NCBI GenBank assembly: GCA_965227515.1
Contig: CBDDFZ010000001.1
Location: 2,112,001 to 2,176,000 of the forward strand
Origin: Alphaproteobacteria bacterium
Lineage (GTDB): Bacteria; Pseudomonadota; Alphaproteobacteria; CALKHQ01
DNA length: 64,000 nt
Direction: 5' to 3'
The translations under genes were made by a program, and so were the position numbers. The first letter of the stretch is position 1; each line of letters begins with the position of its first letter. Under the pieces are notes generated by a model. The model saw nothing but the letters and a program-made list of their open reading frames with translations, was not told the DNA's origin and did not search any database. Below, piece after piece: positions 60,653 to 64,000 of this stretch.

Positions 60653-63600
60653 TTATGCCGCCCGCAATTGCTCGGCGTGACCCAGGTCGACCGACACCAA
60701 CTGGCTGACCCCTTGCTCCGGCATGGTGACGCCATACAGGCGGTTCATGCGGGCCATGGTCAGGCGGTGGTGGGTGACCAGCAGGAAGCGAGTCTTCAGC
60801 CGGCCGACCAGATGCTGCAGCAGGTCGCAGAAGCGGTCGACATTGGCGTCGTCGAGCGGCGCGTCGACCTCGTCCAGCACGCAGATCGGCGCCGGGTTGG
60901 TCAGGAACACCGCGAAGGTAACCGCCAGCGCGGTCAGCGCCCGCTCGCCGCCGGACATCAGGGCCAGCGTCTGCAGCTTCTTGCCGGGCGGGCAGGCCAC
61001 GATCTCAAGCCCGGCTTCCAGCGGGTCGTCGGAGCCGGTGAGGGTGAGTTCCGCCGACCCACCGCCGAAAAGCTGCTTGAACACATCCTGGAAGTGCTGG
61101 TTCACCGCCTCGAACGCCGCGGTCAGCCGCAACCGGCCTTCCTTGTTCAGGCTGGCGATGCCCTGGCGCAGCCGGTTGATGGCGGCGATCAGGTCGTCGC
61201 GCTCTACCGACAGGCCGTCGATGCGGACCTGGAGCTCCTCCACCTCGTCGACCGCGCGCAGGTTGACCGGGCCCATGCCGTCGCGCTCGCGCACCAGCTT
61301 TTCCAGGCGGCCTTCCTGCTGCGCCAGCAACTCGCGAATCGTGGCGTTGTCGGCGTCCGGGTCGATCTCGCCACGCTCCGCCAGGGCCTCGGGCGGACAG
61401 GACTGCTGGGCGGCGATTCGCTCCAGCACGCCGCCGATGGCGAGATCGGCCGCCTCGACCTGGGCTTCGACCCGCACCCGGTCCTCGCGGCGCGCCGCCA
61501 GCGCCTGCTCGGCCTCGCGGGCCGCGGTGTCGGCGGCTCGGGCCGCGTTCTCGGCCGCCGCCAGTTCGTCGCCGGCGCGCGATGCGGTCAGGGTCAGGTC
61601 GTTGAGCGTGCCGGAGATGGTGTCGCGCTTGGCCTTCCACTCATCGGGGGCCGCGGCCAATGCCGCGCGGCACTCGACCGCGGCAGCGTGGCGCTGGTCC
61701 AGTTCGCCGCGCTGGGCGGCGGCATCGGCTGCGCGCTTGGTCCAGTCGGCGGTTTCAACCGCAATCGCTTGCGTGCGGCGGACGCGCATTTCCTCAGCCG
61801 CCGCGAGGCGGTCGCGCTCTCCGCGCGCCTCCAGTGCGGCGGCGCGCGCGGCCTCCGCCGTCGCGCGGCAGGTGTCGCGCTCCCCCTTCAGGGCCTCGGC
61901 GGCGGCATCGTCGACCCGGCGCCCGGCCAGCTCCTGGGCAGCGGTTTCCAGGTCGCGTTCCTGCTCGGCCAGATCCTCGGCGGTCTCGGTGAGCGCGCGC
62001 TGGCGGGCCAGGGCCTGGCCATGGGTGCGCTCGGCGGCCTCATGTGCCGCGCGGGCGGCGTCCGCCGCTTTCGCTGCCTGCTTGGCACGGCCCACCGCAC
62101 CGGTCACCTCGCCGTCGGCGGCCTGGAAGGCGGTCCGCGCCTCCATCTCCGCCGACTTCGCATCGTCGCGGGCGGTCGACAGCGTGGCGCGCTCGGCTTC
62201 CAGTTCCGTCAGCCGATTGCGCTGCTGCAGCCTGACGGCCGAGGCGTTGGCGGCACCGGCGGCAACCGCCAGCCCGTCCCAGCGCCACAGATTGCCCTCG
62301 CGGTCGACCAGCCGCTGGCCGGGTGCCAGTGCCGCGACCGCAGCCTCGGCGTCCGCGCCTGCATCCAGCACCGCGATGTGGGCGAGGCGGCGGGCCAGCA
62401 CGTCCGGCCCCTCGACCACCTCGGACAGCGGGCGGCACCCCTGGGGCAGGTCGGCCACCGAGCCGAGCGGCGGTAGCGCGCGCCAGTGGCTGGGTGCATC
62501 GGGGTCGGTCGCGGCGTCCAAATCCTCGCCGAACGCGGCGGCCAGCGCCGATTCGTAACCAGCGGCGACGGTCACCTGGTCGATCACCGGGTCCCACGCC
62601 TTGTCGGGCGCCTTGCCGAGCATGCGCTCGATCGCCGTGGCCTCGGCATCGACCTTCACGAAGGCGGTTTCCGCCGCCTGCAAGCGCTCGCGCGCCGCAT
62701 CCAATGCGGTGCGGGCGGCCTGCTGCGCGTCCTGCGCGGTTTCCAGCGCCGTCGCGGCGAGGGCGCGTTCCTCTTCTGCTGACTTGTGCGCGGTTGCGGC
62801 CTGGGCCAGCGCGCTGTCGTCGCCGAGGGTGCCGGACAGTCGTTCCAGTTCGTCACGGACCTGGGTGCGCCGCGCATCGAGCTTGCGGCGCGTGGCCTCC
62901 AAGTTGGCGGTTTCCTGGGCATGCGCCTGGCGCGCCGCCTCCAGGGTGGCGAGGCGGGCGGCGACGTCGCCAAGGGCTGCCTCGGCGTCCTGCAGTTCGG
63001 TCTCCGACTCGGTAACGCGCGCAGCCGCCGCTTCGCGCGTGCCGTCGGCATCCGCGACCTGTTCGGCAAGGGTGGCCTGCTCGGCGCGCAGCCGTTCGAT
63101 CGCGGCCTGGGCGTCGGCCTCCAGCGAACGGGCGCGGCCCAAGTCGCCGTTGACAGTGGCGATCTCGGCATCGGCGGCAGCCAGCGCCTGCACCGCGCGT
63201 TCGGCTTCCGCCGCGCACTGCTCGGCCTCGATCTTCAGTCGCTGCACCTTGGCCGATGCCTCCGCCGCCTTGGTGCGCAGCTCAGGCAGGGTCTCGGTCT
63301 TACGGATGCGCTCGTTCTCGGCCACCGCCGCCGCCTCGGCATGGGCGACCACTTGCTCCTCGGCGGCGGTCAGCGCGGCGCGTGCCGCGTCGCAGCGCTC
63401 CACCGCCAGCCGCCACTGGCAGTACAGCACCGCCGCCTCGCTGGCGCGGATGTTGGTCGAGACATTGCGGTAGCGGGTCGCCTGGCGGGCCTGGCGCTTC
63501 AGGCCGCGCATCTGCTCGTCGAGCGCGGCGAGCACGTCGTCGAGCCGCTCCAGATTGCTCTCCGCGCCCCGCAGTCTCAACTCCGCCTCGTGCCGGCGCA

Positions 63601-64000
63601 CGTGCAGGCCGGCGATGCCGGCGGCTTCTTCAAGCAGGGCGCGCCGGTTGGTGGGCTTCTCGTTGATCAGGTTGGTGATCTGGCCCTGGCCGACCATCGC
63701 GGCGGCATGCGCCCCGATGGCGTTGTCGGCGAACAGCACCTGCAGGTCGCGGGCGCGGACCTCCTTGCCGTTGACCCGGTAGGTCGAGCCCTGGCCGCGA
63801 TTGATCTTGCGCGAGACGTCGATCTCGTCCTGATCGTTGAACGCGGTCGGGAACGATTTCTCCGGGTTCTCCAGCGTGACCACCACCTCGGCCACGTTGC
63901 GCGGCGGCCGCGCCCCGGCGCCGGAAAAGATGACGTCGTCCATCTCGGCGCCGCGCATCTGCTTGGCCGAGCTTTCGCCCATCACCCAGCGCAGCGCCTC
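60653..64000 (-). CDS. smc: Chromosome segregation protein SMC (5' end outside window)
   Basis: MDDVIFSG, long coiled coils, MSGGE signature, LDEVDAPLD Walker B/D-loop, VTH. Confidence 0.96.
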   Translation of the reverse strand, partial: EALRWVMGESSAKQMRGAEMDDVIFSGAGARPPRNVAEVVVTLENPEKSFPTAFNDQDEIDVSRKINRGQGSTYRVNGKEVRARDLQVLFADNAIGAHAAAMVGQGQITNLINEKPTNRRALLEEAAGIAGLHVRRHEAELRLRGAESNLERLDDVLAALDEQMRGLKRQARQATRYRNVSTNIRASEAAVLYCQWRLAVERCDAARAALTAAEEQVVAHAEAAAVAENERIRKTETLPELRTKAAEASAKVQRLKIEAEQCAAEAERAVQALAAADAEIATVNGDLGRARSLEADAQAAIERLRAEQATLAEQVADADGTREAAAARVTESETELQDAEAALGDVAARLATLEAARQAHAQETANLEATRRKLDARRTQVRDELERLSGTLGDDSALAQAATAHKSAEEERALAATALETAQDAQQAARTALDAARERLQAAETAFVKVDAEATAIERMLGKAPDKAWDPVIDQVTVAAGYESALAAAFGEDLDAATDPDAPSHWRALPPLGSVADLPQGCRPLSEVVEGPDVLARRLAHIAVLDAGADAEAAVAALAPGQRLVDREGNLWRWDGLAVAAGAANASAVRLQQRNRLTELEAERATLSTARDDAKSAEMEARTAFQAADGEVTGAVGRAKQAAKAADAARAAHEAAERTHGQALARQRALTETAEDLAEQERDLETAAQELAGRRVDDAAAEALKGERDTCRATAEAARAAALEARGERDRLAAAEEMRVRRTQAIAVETADWTKRAADAAAQRGELDQRHAAAVECRAALAAAPDEWKAKRDTISGTLNDLTLTASRAGDELAAAENAARAADTAAREAEQALAARREDRVRVEAQVEAADLAIGGVLERIAAQQSCPPEALAERGEIDPDADNATIRELLAQQEGRLEKLVRERDGMGPVNLRAVDEVEELQVRIDGLSVERDDLIAAINRLRQGIASLNKEGRLRLTAAFEAVNQHFQDVFKQLFGGGSAELTLTGSDDPLEAGLEIVACPPGKKLQTLALMSGGERALTALAVTFAVFLTNPAPICVLDEVDAPLDDANVDRFCDLLQHLVGRLKTRFLLVTHHRLTMARMNRLYGVTMPEQGVSQLVSVDLGHAEQLRAA

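Overview
GC-rich alphaproteobacterial chromosome segment (ccrM, an LdtR-type MarR regulator, the DUF2007-ispB arrangement and a stand-alone atpIBEF'F F0 operon point to Alphaproteobacteria, plausibly Rhodospirillales-like). Most of it is housekeeping and metabolism: the end of a urease accessory operon (ureEFG), a TRAP transporter, ispB, ygfZ, 2-oxoacid:ferredoxin oxidoreductase, a hydantoinase/oxoprolinase pair, rpoD-dnaG-yqeY/carA, recJ-glpX, a CoA-transferase/fumarase/SDR cluster, rnhB-ccrM, hisI-folE, the F0 ATP synthase genes and smc (truncated by the window edge). The most unusual part is 47.4-53.8 kb. It holds an HlyC/RtxC-type toxin-activating acyltransferase and a 1085-aa protein built from MARTX-like 18-residue Gly/Asn/Asp repeats with no recognisable toxin domain. 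Between them lies a 1.7-kb AT-rich islet (DUF4160-DUF2442 toxin-antitoxin pair plus a coupled unknown gene), bounded by a 157-bp direct repeat of the hlyC 3' end whose two copies differ only at four synonymous positions. A second lower-GC islet (22.7-25.2 kb) encodes two secreted proteins that appear to share an unrecognised Cys-bracketed domain. Four families of intergenic palindromic repeats are present. No rRNA, tRNA, CRISPR array, integrase or transposase was seen. All calls come from reading the sequence; no database search was run.
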